A stretch of 64,000 nucleotides of DNA from an uncultured Candidatus Rokubacteria bacterium (GTDB lineage: Bacteria > Methylomirabilota > Methylomirabilia > Rokubacteriales > CSP1-6): NCBI GenBank assembly GCA_963754315.1, contig CAVWFS010000011.1, forward strand, positions 128,001-192,000, in the 5' to 3' direction. The notes beneath the pieces were generated by a model. It made no database searches and was not told the DNA's origin. It saw only the letters and a list, made by a program, of their open reading frames with translations. A program made the translations under genes and the position numbers. Below, piece by piece: positions 13,989 through 23,958 of this stretch (the stretch's first letter is position 1; the number at the start of each line of letters is the position of its first letter).

Positions 13989-16052
13989 GTGGACCTGACC
14001 CAGCCCGTGCGCGCGGAACCGCCGGCTCGGATCCTCGTCGTCGACGACCAGCCGTCCCAGCGGCTGGCACTGCGGACCGCCCTGGCCGAGGTAGGCGAGG
14101 AAGTCATTGCCGTCGCTTCCGGCACGGAAGCCCTCTGGTTCCTCCTCGACAACGACGTGGCGGTCATTCTGCTGGACGTCAACATGCCGGAGATGGACGG
14201 GTTCGAGACGGCCGCTCTCATCCGCCAGCGTCCGCGCTCACGTCATACTCCCATCATCTTCCTGACCGCGGATACCGACGAGATGCTGCAGGTACGCGCG
14301 TATTCGCTCGGCGCGGTGGACTTCATCCTGAACCCGTTCATCGCCGAGATTCTCTGTGCCAAGGTCAAGGTCTTTGTGGAGCTATCAAAGATGCAAGCCA
14401 GGGTCGAGCGTGAGGCCGAGCAGCGCATCGCGCTCTCGCGGGAGCAGGCAGCGCGGGCGGTGGCCGAGGAGGAAGGGCGCCGCCTCAGCTTTCTGGCCGA
14501 CGTGGGCCGCATTCTCACGCGGTCACTCGACACCCCCACGCTTGTCCGTGATCTCCTTGATCTGTTCGTCCCGCGCCTGGCTGATCTGGCCGCCGTCTCC
14601 CTCGCGAACGAGGACCAGACCTCCTGGCGGACCCTCGATGCGATCGGCGCCATCAGCGCCGATCCTCCCGTTCCGGAGGCAGCCCGAGCCGTGAGCGAGG
14701 CCCTGCGACGCGCGGTGACGGGCGGCGAGGCCGAGGCGCTGGATGGGATAGGCGGAACCAGGCAAGGTGTCGTGCTGCCACTGATCGCCCGCGGCCGCAC
14801 GGTGGGAGCGGTCGCGGCGGCCCTCGTGGGCTCCGGGCGTCGCTACGCGGAAGCCGATTTCGAGCTGATCCGGCTGGTGGCTGGCCGGGCCGCGATTGCC
14901 CTCGACAACAGCCGCCTTCATCGCGACGTACAGGAACGCGACCGGCAGAAGGACGAGTTCCTGGCGATGCTGTCCCACGAGTTACGCAACCCGCTGGGCG
15001 CCATTACCATGGCTGCCCACCTGCTGGAGCCCGTCCGTCTCACCGACGATCGAGCGGTCCGTGCCCGCAGCGTGCTGATCCGGCAGTCGACCCATCTGGC
15101 CCGCATGGTTGACGACCTGCTCGACATCGCCCGGGTGACCGCCGGCCGGGTTACCCTCACCCGCGTACCAGTCGACCTGGCCGACGTCGTCGGGCGAGCC
15201 GTAGAGGCGCTGCGGGTGGCCGGCGGGCTCGATCATCACCAGATCGCGCTCCGGCTGGAGCCGGCCACGGTCGAGGTCGACACCGCGCGGATGGAGCAGG
15301 TGGTCACCAATCTTCTGGTCAACGCCGTGAAGTACACCGATGCCGGCGGCCGCATCGAGGTGGAGGTCGGAGCCAGGAACGACGAGGCCGTGGTATGTGT
15401 CCGCGACACCGGCGTCGGGATGAGCCCGGAGATGCTGCAACGCCTCTTTCAGCCTTTCGCTCAGGAGCGGCAAGCGCTCGATCGTTCCCGGGGTGGTCTC
15501 GGCATCGGTCTCACGCTCGTGCGTCAGCTGATCGAGCTGCACGGAGGCCGGGTGGAGGCCTCGAGCCCGGGCCCAGGCCAGGGCAGTCTTTTTACCGTGC
15601 GCCTCCCACGCGTGGCGCGGGCGTCGGTGGCGGCCTGTGAGAATGCCGAACCGCCGCCGCCGGGCGAAGGGCGGCTGCGCATCCTCATCGTGGAGGACAA
15701 CGACGACGCCCGTGAAATGCTGCGCACGCTTCTCGACATGGCCGGGCACGAGACGCACGAGGCGGCCGACGGTCTGGAGGGGCTTCGCTTGGCTACCGAG
15801 CTCAAGCCTCAGGTGGCGCTCATCGACCTCGGCTTGCCGGGCCTCGACGGCCTCGAGCTCGCCGGTCGCATTCGGGCCATTCCGGGAGCCGGCACCATGC
15901 AGCTGGTGGCCCTTACCGGGTACGGACAGATGCAGGATCGCCAGCGGACACGCGCGGCCGGCTTCGATCAGCACGTGGTCAAGCCAGTCGATCCGGAGAC
16001 CCTCGAGAAGGTTCTGGCCGCGGCCGCCCAACGCGCGGCCCCGACGAAGTAG
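13989..16052 (+). CDS. Hybrid histidine kinase REC-GAF-HisKA-HATPase-REC
   Basis: ILLDVNMPEMDG; FLAMLSHELRNPL; GGLGIGL; C-terminal REC; GTG start 4 nt after the upstream stop. Confidence 0.94.
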   Translation: MDLTQPVRAEPPARILVVDDQPSQRLALRTALAEVGEEVIAVASGTEALWFLLDNDVAVILLDVNMPEMDGFETAALIRQRPRSRHTPIIFLTADTDEMLQVRAYSLGAVDFILNPFIAEILCAKVKVFVELSKMQARVEREAEQRIALSREQAARAVAEEEGRRLSFLADVGRILTRSLDTPTLVRDLLDLFVPRLADLAAVSLANEDQTSWRTLDAIGAISADPPVPEAARAVSEALRRAVTGGEAEALDGIGGTRQGVVLPLIARGRTVGAVAAALVGSGRRYAEADFELIRLVAGRAAIALDNSRLHRDVQERDRQKDEFLAMLSHELRNPLGAITMAAHLLEPVRLTDDRAVRARSVLIRQSTHLARMVDDLLDIARVTAGRVTLTRVPVDLADVVGRAVEALRVAGGLDHHQIALRLEPATVEVDTARMEQVVTNLLVNAVKYTDAGGRIEVEVGARNDEAVVCVRDTGVGMSPEMLQRLFQPFAQERQALDRSRGGLGIGLTLVRQLIELHGGRVEASSPGPGQGSLFTVRLPRVARASVAACENAEPPPPGEGRLRILIVEDNDDAREMLRTLLDMAGHETHEAADGLEGLRLATELKPQVALIDLGLPGLDGLELAGRIRAIPGAGTMQLVALTGYGQMQDRQRTRAAGFDQHVVKPVDPETLEKVLAAAAQRAAPTK

Positions 16053-16683
16053 GCCCCATCGTGGACGTACGCTTGCCTCCCTCTTTGGTCGCGAGGAACC
16101 ACTCCACACCGTGACGGTGCGCGATGCCGTTCCGGCGGCAGCTGATCAAGGACCGCTCGTTGCGGAGGATGAGCCAATCGCTGTAGGCCTGTTCTAGCTC
16201 GCCGCGCCCGAAGTAGTCGATACGCTCGCCATGCTCGACGTAAATGTGGCGGTCGGTGAACACCGCCAACGCATGGTGCCCACCCGCGCGTGTGACTGCC
16301 TGCAACTGCGAGATGACCCGAGCGCGCTGCTCTCGCGCAACGTAGTGGAGGGCGCCGCAGGAATACACGAGATCGAAGAAACCGCGCGGAATCCAATGAG
16401 CCGCGTCGGCGTCCACCCACCCGATATTCACGCCGTGGGCGCGGGCCAGCCGCGCAGCCTTCTGCAGGCCGGCGGCTGACACGTCTACTCCGACGACCTC
16501 GCAGCCGCAGGTGGCGAAGAATACGCTGTCCCGCCCCTCGCCGCAGCCGAGGTCGAGGACGCGGGCTCCCGGCTGTAGGTGGGAGCTCACCTCGCGGGCA
16601 AATTTCGAGGGCTTTGTGCCCCAGATGTACGTATTCGGTGTCTCTGCATAGGCTCGCGCCCAGGGACTCCACGTCATCGTCAC
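15979..16683 (-). CDS. Class I SAM-dependent methyltransferase (TehB-like)
   Basis: VLDLGCGEGRD motif I; FDLVYSCGALHY. Confidence 0.88.
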   Translation of the reverse strand: MTMTWSPWARAYAETPNTYIWGTKPSKFAREVSSHLQPGARVLDLGCGEGRDSVFFATCGCEVVGVDVSAAGLQKAARLARAHGVNIGWVDADAAHWIPRGFFDLVYSCGALHYVAREQRARVISQLQAVTRAGGHHALAVFTDRHIYVEHGERIDYFGRGELEQAYSDWLILRNERSLISCRRNGIAHRHGVEWFLATKEGGKRTSTMGPTSSGPRVGRPRPEPSRGSPDRLA

Positions 16684-16700
16684 CGGTCCTCTCCCTGGCC

Positions 16701-17963
16701 TCAGGGTCGCCGCCCGGCCATGCCCGCCAGCCGGGCCAGGTCCACGTCCTCGTCGGCGAGGCGGTCTGGATCGACCGGGACACGCTGGCGAATCAGGTCC
16801 GCGACGGCCTTGAGCTCGCCATCCGTCTTTGGATCTTCGGGATCACCCCCGCGGTTGAGACCGACCGCGGCGCGCACGCGACCCGCTTGGAGGTAGAAGC
16901 CGAGAAACGTGCGGCTGGCGGGCCGGCCGCGGAAGACCAGGCGATCCCAGGCCGCCGCAAAGCCGACGTATTCGATGAGATGCTCGTATTGGTCCGACCA
17001 GAAGGAGTGCAGATAGTCATAGGGCTGGCCACGATCCAGCATGGAGCGCGCGGTGGCTCGCCCGTGCCGGTCGCCGTTGTTCCAGTGCTCGACGCGGAGG
17101 CGGCCGAAGATCGGGTGCAGATGGTTGGCGACATCCCCGGCCGCGTAGATATCGGGCAGCGAGGTTCGGCCATACTCGTCCACCAGCACGCCATTGTCGC
17201 TCGAGGCGCCGGCCGTGGCCGGCAGCTCGCTGTTCGGTACGATACCGATTCCGGCCACCACGAAATCGCAGGGCAGGAGGCGACCCTTCTTGGTGCGCAC
17301 GCGCTCGACCCGGGTCGCGCCCTCGAAGGCAGCCACCGAGTCATCCAGAACCAGCTCGACACCCTTCTCGCGATGGATCTCCGCCAGAATCTGGCCCACA
17401 TCGTGGCCCAGCACACGCTCCAGTGGCACCGCCTGACCCTCGACGGCGGCCACCTCGATTCCGAGCTGACGGAGCGAGGCCGCCACCTCCGATCCGATGA
17501 AGCCAAGGCCCACCACGACGGCCCGGCGAGCGGCGCGGGCCGCCGTGCGAATCCGGTCGCAGTCGTCCACCGTGCGGAGCTGGAAGATGCCCGCCAGAGT
17601 GGCGCCTGGTTCGGTCACGGCTCGGTTACGGCCGCCGGTGGCGACAAGGAGACGATCGTAGGAGAGGCGCTCGCCTCCGATGAGCTCAACGATCTTCTGG
17701 CCAGGGTCGATCGTGGTGGCCCGCGTCCCGAGCCTCACCTCGATGGCCTGTTTCGCGTAGTAGTCGGCGGGCTTGACCAGCTGGTCCTCGAAGCGGTCCT
17801 CCCCGCGCAGATAGCCCTTGGACAGCGGCGGGCGGTTGTAAGGCAGCTGGGGCTCCGCCCCGATCAGCTGGATGTCACCGTCGAAGCCGTCCTCGCGCAA
17901 GGCGGCTGCCGCGGTGGCACCCGCCAGCGATGCGCCAATGATCACGAAGCGCCGTTTGCTCAT
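16701..17963 (-). CDS. FAD/NAD-dependent ferredoxin reductase-type oxidoreductase
   Basis: IIGASLAG, PYNRPPLSK, VVGLGFIGSE, IYAAGDVA, RVEHW, FWSDQY; start placed at MSKRRF. Confidence 0.93.
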   Translation of the reverse strand: MSKRRFVIIGASLAGATAAAALREDGFDGDIQLIGAEPQLPYNRPPLSKGYLRGEDRFEDQLVKPADYYAKQAIEVRLGTRATTIDPGQKIVELIGGERLSYDRLLVATGGRNRAVTEPGATLAGIFQLRTVDDCDRIRTAARAARRAVVVGLGFIGSEVAASLRQLGIEVAAVEGQAVPLERVLGHDVGQILAEIHREKGVELVLDDSVAAFEGATRVERVRTKKGRLLPCDFVVAGIGIVPNSELPATAGASSDNGVLVDEYGRTSLPDIYAAGDVANHLHPIFGRLRVEHWNNGDRHGRATARSMLDRGQPYDYLHSFWSDQYEHLIEYVGFAAAWDRLVFRGRPASRTFLGFYLQAGRVRAAVGLNRGGDPEDPKTDGELKAVADLIRQRVPVDPDRLADEDVDLARLAGMAGRRP

Positions 17964-18025
17964 CGCGCTACATCCGGAGCGAACAATCCATGGGGGCCTC
18001 GCTTCGCCGCGCCACCGCTCGCCTC

Positions 18026-19276
18026 TCAAATGAGCTCGCGCACCCGGTCGCCCAGGACCGTGAGGGCGATCTTCTCGCGGTTTGGCTGGCCGCGCACGAG
18101 AGATTTTGCGAACATCGCCGCCTGCTCCATCGTGACTTTGGCGGGAAGGGGGGCTCGAACGGATCGACCACCGCCTGGACGACGACGGGACCCGGCGCGG
18201 CCAGCGCCTGGTCGAGGATCGGCCCGCAGTCTTCCGCTCGCTCAATGGTGAAGCCGGTGCCACCGCACGCCCGGGCGACGGCGGCGAAATCGATCGGATG
18301 CAGATCGCAGCCATACTCGGGATTGCCGAGGAACACCATCTGCTCCCACTTGATTTGCCCCAAGGTGTCGTTCTTGATGATGATGACCTTCACCGGGACG
18401 CAGGTTGATAATTCACGCACGTGACGAATTCGTCGTGCCGATCTCAGCAAGGTGTCGCACGCTTCGAGGGCCTCCTGGGATGGACGTGTGCCGAGCAGAC
18501 CGATTGAGCCGGTCGTGTAGGGGCTGTCGTCGGGAACGGCAGCCTTTCCCAGGAGAGGCTTGACGATGGGGGCTGCCAAGGTCTCCGCCAGCCGTTCCAG
18601 CTCGTCGCACGCGCCGAGAGCGCCCTGGCCCGCGAGAATCGCCACGCGGTGGCCGGTGTTGAGGATGTCAGCGGCGCGGAGGAGATCATCCTCCGACGGG
18701 AGGCGCGCGCTGCGCGCCATGACATCGGAGGTGTGGTGCGCCACATTCCGCTTCGATCCTTTCTTGGGCACGTCGAGATCCTGAATATCGACGGCGATCG
18801 TGATGTGGGCCACCCCGCGATAGGTGAGGGCCGTACGACACGCGAGGTCGACCACTGGCTCGACGTGGGTCGGTCCCATGATGCGAGCGTTGTACTTGGC
18901 CACGTCGACGAAGAGGCGATCGAGCTCGACGTCCTGCTGGGTGTGCGTGTTGATCAGATCGTGATAGGGCAGTCCGGTGATCGCGAGGACGGGCTGCCCG
19001 TCGAGCTTCGCGTCGTACAGGCCGTTCAAGAGGTGGATGCCTCCCGGGTCCCGAGGTGGCCAAGCACACCCCGAGCTTCCCCGTGTACTTGGCGTAGGCG
19101 CAGGCCATGAACGCGGCCGATTCCTCGTGCCGGACCTGGATGAAACGTATATCGTCCTGCCGCTTACGCAGGGCCTCCATGATCCCGTTGATGCCGTCCC
19201 CTGGGAGTCCGAAGACGACCGTGACTCCCCAGTGGTGAAGGGTATCGATGAGGACGTCAGCTGCCGTGTGGCTCAT
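18026..19276 (-). pseudogene. Pyruvate oxidase/dehydrogenase (PoxB-like ThDP enzyme), frameshifted and internally deleted
   Basis: VFGLPGDGING, RHEESAAFMA, LNGLYDAK, LGQIKWEQ; frameshifts near 19045 and 18150; segment with the GDG ThDP motif missing near 18430. Confidence 0.85.
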
Positions 19277-19437
19277 CAGGCGGCTCCCGGCCAATCAGCG
19301 TGGAGGAACCGGGCGGGTGTTGATAGTTGCCGACGCGGCGCGCCGGCTCGGTGGGCCCGGACCATGAACCACCGATAACCTGAGTTCCCCGCCCAGACAG
19401 CCCCTTCTTGCGCAAGAATGGCGCCAGCGAGTGCCCA

Positions 19438-20307
19438 TCAGCCATTGACGATCTCGCCCCCATTGGGGTGGAGGACCTGACCGGTCATGTAGTTGGCGTC
19501 GGCACTGGCCAGGAACACGTAGCAGGGCGCCACCTCCGAGGGCTCGCCCGCGCGGCCCAGGGCAACGTCGGACCCGAAGGTCGCCACCTTCTTCGCGGGA
19601 AACGAGGCGGCGATGAGTGGTGTCCAGATGGGCCCGGGCGCCACCGCGTTGACCCTGATCTTCCTGGCGGCCAGAGATTGCGAGAGGGCTCGCGTGAAGG
19701 ACACGATGGCCCCCTTGGTTGCCGAGTAGTCCAGCAGGTGGTGACTCCCGCGATAGGCGGTCACCGACGATGTGTTGATAATGGCGCTGCCTGCGCGCAG
19801 ATGGGGTAATGCCGCCCTGGTCATGAAGAACATGCCATAGACATTGGTGCGAAAGGTGCGCTCGAGCTGGCGCGCCGTGATGCCCAGCAGGCTCTCTTGC
19901 ACATGCTGCTCGGCGGCGTTGTTGACCAGAATGTCAAGGCGGCCAAGCGCGCGCACCGTTTCCCGGACGGCGCGACGACAGAACGCTTCGTTGCCGACAT
20001 CTCCCGCCATGGCGACGCAGCGGCGGCCGCGTGCTTCCACGTCACGGCGGGTCTTGGCGGCATCCGCATGCTCGTTGCGGTACACAATCGCGACGTCGGC
20101 CCCCTCTTCGGCAAAGGCAAGGGCGACGGCGCGACCGATGCCGCTGTCGCCACCAGTGATGAGGCCCACGCGACCCCCGAGCCGCGGCTGCGTGGACGGG
20201 GGCGGATCGGCCTGAGGTTGCGGACGCAGGAGCGCTTCGCGGCCAGGCTGACGGCGCTGGCGCTGGGCAGGGCGCAGCGGGCGGCGCGGAGAGGCCTTTT
20301 GCGGCAT
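19438..20307 (-). CDS. SDR oxidoreductase, general-stress YhxC/YdaD/YghA type
   Basis: ITGGDSGIGRAVA, NNAAEQH, YSATK, APGPIWTPLI, GQVLHPNGG. Confidence 0.94.
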   Translation of the reverse strand: MPQKASPRRPLRPAQRQRRQPGREALLRPQPQADPPPSTQPRLGGRVGLITGGDSGIGRAVALAFAEEGADVAIVYRNEHADAAKTRRDVEARGRRCVAMAGDVGNEAFCRRAVRETVRALGRLDILVNNAAEQHVQESLLGITARQLERTFRTNVYGMFFMTRAALPHLRAGSAIINTSSVTAYRGSHHLLDYSATKGAIVSFTRALSQSLAARKIRVNAVAPGPIWTPLIAASFPAKKVATFGSDVALGRAGEPSEVAPCYVFLASADANYMTGQVLHPNGGEIVNG

Positions 20308-20308
20308 C

Positions 20309-21319
20309 TCAGGACTCTTGGCGATCAGCTGGGTTGCTGGGCAGCTTCTTGATCAGCTCGCCGACGATCTTGGCCACGAGCTCATCTTGAAGGGCGAAAA
20401 CGTCGTCGAGGTCGCGGTCATAGCGCTCGGCCCACACGTGGTGGCCAGAGACGGCGTCCGAGAGCTGAGCGGTGACCCGGATCCGCTCTCCGGCTTTTCG
20501 CACGCTTCCCTCCAGCACATAGCGGACGCCCAAGTCGCGCCCGACCGCCTGCACGTTGACGGCGCTGCCCTTGTAGGCGAACACCGAGCTGCGAGCGGCC
20601 ACGGCCAACCCCGGGAGGTTCGCCAGTTCGGTGATGAGGTCCTCGCTGAGGCCGATACTGAAGTGTTCCTGGTCGGGATCGGCGCTCACGTTCTCGAATG
20701 GCAGGACGGCGATCGATGGCACATCTGCCGAAGGGGAGGCGACGGGCGCCGCCGCCTCGCTCGCCGGCGAGGTGGGCGGCGCGAGGTTCAGGCGGTAGAC
20801 CGTGACCGGCTTGGCGATGTTCTTAACACTATGCTCCCCAAGGCAGTCGAATCCGAATACGACCTTGGCGCCGACCTGATCGTGCACCGTGCCCGACACG
20901 CAGATACCGCCTGCCTCCGCCAGCGCCTGGATGCGAGCCGCGATGTTGACGTCGTCCCCGTAGATCTGCTCGCCTTCCACCAGGACCTCGCCGAGGTTGA
21001 TCCCGACGCGAAACTGCATCCGCCGTTCCTCGGGAAGCTCCGCATTGCGGGTGGCCAGGTCTTGCTGGAGCATGACGGCGCATTCGATGGCATCGACGAC
21101 GCTGGCGAATTCCGCCAGAAGGCTGTCGCCGGTGAAGTCGACGACCCGACCACGGTGATTCGTGATGCAGGCGGCCATGACCTCACGGTAGGCCATGATC
21201 GTTTTCACCGTGGCCGGTTCGTCGTCGCCCATGAGTCGGCTGTAGCCGTGGACGTCGGCGCTCAGAATCGCCGTGAGTCGGCGCTCAAGAGCGGAAGAGG
21301 TTTCGGCCATACGGGTCAA
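20309..21319 (-). CDS. Class III adenylate/guanylate cyclase with TolB-like domain, no TPR tail
   Basis: ILSADVHGYSRL, GDSLLAEF, GDDVNIAAR; PSIAVLPFENVS...VLEGSVRK...WAERYDR. Confidence 0.92.
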   Translation of the reverse strand: MTRMAETSSALERRLTAILSADVHGYSRLMGDDEPATVKTIMAYREVMAACITNHRGRVVDFTGDSLLAEFASVVDAIECAVMLQQDLATRNAELPEERRMQFRVGINLGEVLVEGEQIYGDDVNIAARIQALAEAGGICVSGTVHDQVGAKVVFGFDCLGEHSVKNIAKPVTVYRLNLAPPTSPASEAAAPVASPSADVPSIAVLPFENVSADPDQEHFSIGLSEDLITELANLPGLAVAARSSVFAYKGSAVNVQAVGRDLGVRYVLEGSVRKAGERIRVTAQLSDAVSGHHVWAERYDRDLDDVFALQDELVAKIVGELIKKLPSNPADRQES

Positions 21320-21361
21320 ACCCCGAAGGTGTGATGGGTCGGATTGAAGAAACTACGAAAC

Positions 21362-21559
21362 TCACGCCTCGTCGTCGACGTCTTCGATGTCTTCGTCTTC
21401 CTCGTCGAGATCCTCGTCCTCGTCTTCGTCACTGGGGAGCTCGTCCTCTTCGAGCTGAAGCTCGCCAAACTTCACGTCATCTTCGACGGTTTCGGACGCG
21501 AAGGTCTGCTCCCCGCTCTCGGCGTGCTCTTCCGGCCGGGGACGTCTGGTCGTAGCCAT
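21362..21559 (-). CDS. 65-aa highly acidic protein with its own RBS, in frame with the PLD C-terminus
   Basis: caggaggtggaagATG; MATTRRPRP...EEDELPSDEDEDEDLDEEDEDIEDVDDEA. Confidence 0.6.
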   Translation of the reverse strand: MATTRRPRPEEHAESGEQTFASETVEDDVKFGELQLEEDELPSDEDEDEDLDEEDEDIEDVDDEA

Positions 21560-23236
21560 CTTCCACCTCCTGCCTGTGATCACTGCTGGATAGAGTGGTG
21601 CACGGGACGTGCCGGATGGCTCAGGGTGCCGCAGGGCTGCTGCCAGGCGTCCCCAGGCAGTCCGGGGGCGGGGAGGTGGCTGATCGTCTGGCTCGTCAGG
21701 GACAATCGCGTGATTGGGCTCGGCAATCTCGGAATCGAAGGGGAGCTCCTGAGGATCAACGATTTCCATCACCGCGCGCTGGGTCGCGGTGGGTGGACCG
21801 AGGGACTGCAGGCGAGCACCGGGCCGAGAGGCGATGGTGTCGAGTCGTGCCACCAGGCCATCGACGCGGACCAGACCACGAATCGCGGCCCCGGACAGGC
21901 CAGTATGCTCGGCAAGAAGACTGACGCGAAGGCGGCGCAGCGCGCGTCGCCGTCGGCAATCCGCGGCGCCGGTGCCCGCGGCTTCCCAGGACACGTGCAG
22001 TTCGCTGTCGAGGGCCATGCTGCGGTTGGTGAGGTTGGCCGAGCCCACGGTGAGGAAGCGATCGTCGACGAGCATGAGCTTCGAGTGGATATACGTTGTT
22101 CGGAAGGGGGCGGAGGGCCGATCGCAGAGCGCGTGATACATGCCGAGGGCATGCCGAGTCGCCCGGGCGACTTGGCGAAGGTGTTCCAGAATCTTCGCCT
22201 GTCGGAGGCCCACTGCCAGCTCTTCCTTCAGTGCCTCAGCACGCTCGTTGACGATGATCACGATCTCGAGGGGGGCGCGCTGAGAGGCGCGCATGCGAGC
22301 CATCAGGGCTTGATGCATCCGGCGGCTACTGAAGTATTGGGTCTCGATGTAGATGAGCTGTTCGGCCGACTCGACTGCGTCCACGAAGAGGTGTTCGACC
22401 TCACGGATGGTCCCGTCGTCGGCGCGGGGGTCGGTGCGGCTGAGGGCAACCGGTCCGCTGCCAAATGAGATCGCTCCCGACGCGGGCAGAGGCACGGAGC
22501 CGGTCGGAACGGCGGGCAGAGCGCCCAACCCGTCAGGCGGGGAGCCGCCGCTCGCGGCCCAGCGCTCGACGAAAAGCGTCTGCAGGGCCTGGGCAGGGCC
22601 GGTGCCCACGAGGTAGGCCTGCACCTCGTGATAGGGCTTGACGGGAGCCCCGCGGCTCAGCCGCCAAGGATTGTCAGCACGGTGACAGCGGTCGTCCCAG
22701 CGGGCCTCGCAGAGGTCCATCCCTCCCACGAACGCGAGGGCGCCGTCCACGACGACGAACTTTTGGTGGTGGGAGCTCCCGGCCACCGGATTGTTGTGGA
22801 ACCGAAAGCGGAAGCGGGGATGTGTCATCCAGTGGAAGAGCACGCGTTGCATCCACTCGCGCTCATGCGCAAAGACGAGGTGGAAGTCCCAGGCCAGGAC
22901 GTAGATGTGGAGGGCGGCTTTGTCGTGGCACAGGCGATTGAGGAATTTGAGAAGGCGGACGTCGACTCCAACGGGGACGTCCGGGCCTCGCAGAAGCGGA
23001 ACGCCGCTGTCGAACTGCCAGCCTGACAGGAGTATGAACTGTTGAGCATTGCTGGCCGCCGTGTAGAAGGCGCGGTAATAGTCAGCGCCATCGATGAGGA
23101 CGCCGGCCTCCGCCGCGTGCGTCTGCCGCCATACGGTGCGGCCGGGCTGAAGGATCGCGTGTCGCGAGCGGGACTCAGGGGGCGTCGATTGACGGTTCAC
23201 CGACGGGTCGGATGGCGTGTCCCCGCCGGCGTCCAT
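21362..23236 (-). CDS. Phospholipase D superfamily protein
   Basis: Two HKD motifs: HHQKFVVVD and HSKLMLVDD...GSANL; the true stop may lie before 21560. Confidence 0.92.
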   Translation of the reverse strand: MDAGGDTPSDPSVNRQSTPPESRSRHAILQPGRTVWRQTHAAEAGVLIDGADYYRAFYTAASNAQQFILLSGWQFDSGVPLLRGPDVPVGVDVRLLKFLNRLCHDKAALHIYVLAWDFHLVFAHEREWMQRVLFHWMTHPRFRFRFHNNPVAGSSHHQKFVVVDGALAFVGGMDLCEARWDDRCHRADNPWRLSRGAPVKPYHEVQAYLVGTGPAQALQTLFVERWAASGGSPPDGLGALPAVPTGSVPLPASGAISFGSGPVALSRTDPRADDGTIREVEHLFVDAVESAEQLIYIETQYFSSRRMHQALMARMRASQRAPLEIVIIVNERAEALKEELAVGLRQAKILEHLRQVARATRHALGMYHALCDRPSAPFRTTYIHSKLMLVDDRFLTVGSANLTNRSMALDSELHVSWEAAGTGAADCRRRRALRRLRVSLLAEHTGLSGAAIRGLVRVDGLVARLDTIASRPGARLQSLGPPTATQRAVMEIVDPQELPFDSEIAEPNHAIVPDEPDDQPPPRPRTAWGRLAAALRHPEPSGTSRAPLYPAVITGRRWKMATTRRPRPEEHAESGEQTFASETVEDDVKFGELQLEEDELPSDEDEDEDLDEEDEDIEDVDDEA

Positions 23237-23244
23237 TGTCGCGC

Positions 23245-23958
23245 TCAGGGAGACAGGGTCACGATGCGAACGGGGAACTCCCGGTCGGCCGTCGCCAAGA
23301 GCGGTAGGGCCACGTTGTAGACAGGAACGTCCGCGGCCGTCCGCCCCTCCAACGTGCCGTTATGGGCGTGACCGTGGAAGACAGCGGTGACGGGATAGCG
23401 GGTGAGGGGCTCCTCGAGACGGCTCGAGCCGAGAAACGGGAAGATTTCGAGAGGCTCGCCTTCGACCGTTGCACGGATTGGCGCGTAGTGGAGGAGGACG
23501 GCGCGCTGGGTTGTGCGGAGACGGGCGAGAGCCCCTTCCAGTTTCAGCGTCTCGTCGATGGCTTCGTGAACGAACTGCTTGATGGTCGGCTCGCCCCAGG
23601 GGCCGAGAGCCCGGGCTCCGAATCCTCCCGCGAATCCCTTGACCCCCGCGAAACCCACCCCCCCGATCTCACGGGCATCCCCATCGAGGATGTCCACGCC
23701 CGCCTCCCGGAGGATGGAGCAGACGTCGTCGGCTTTCCCGGATTCCAGATCGTGGTTGCCCAGGACGGCGAGGATGGGCACCCGCACGACCGCCAGTTCT
23801 TTGGCGAGGATGTGAGCCTCCTCGGGCAGACCGTAGTCCGTCAGATCTCCGCAGAGGACGAGGACGTCAGCCCGATCGGCGATGCGCGAGAGCCAGGGCT
23901 GGAGCGCTCCCTGAGAGTTCTTCGTGCAGTGCAGGTCACCGACGGCAGCGATTCGCAT
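23245..23958 (-). CDS. Calcineurin-like metallophosphoesterase
   Basis: GDLH, GDLTD, GNHD, LLHY, HGHAH. Confidence 0.93.
   Translation of the reverse strand: MRIAAVGDLHCTKNSQGALQPWLSRIADRADVLVLCGDLTDYGLPEEAHILAKELAVVRVPILAVLGNHDLESGKADDVCSILREAGVDILDGDAREIGGVGFAGVKGFAGGFGARALGPWGEPTIKQFVHEAIDETLKLEGALARLRTTQRAVLLHYAPIRATVEGEPLEIFPFLGSSRLEEPLTRYPVTAVFHGHAHNGTLEGRTAADVPVYNVALPLLATADREFPVRIVTLSP

Noticed and set aside
17964..18314. N-terminal extension of the 537-aa reductase ORF
   Set aside because: It is an off-frame read of the PoxB-like 3' end; the Rossmann motif starts at MSKRRF (17963).
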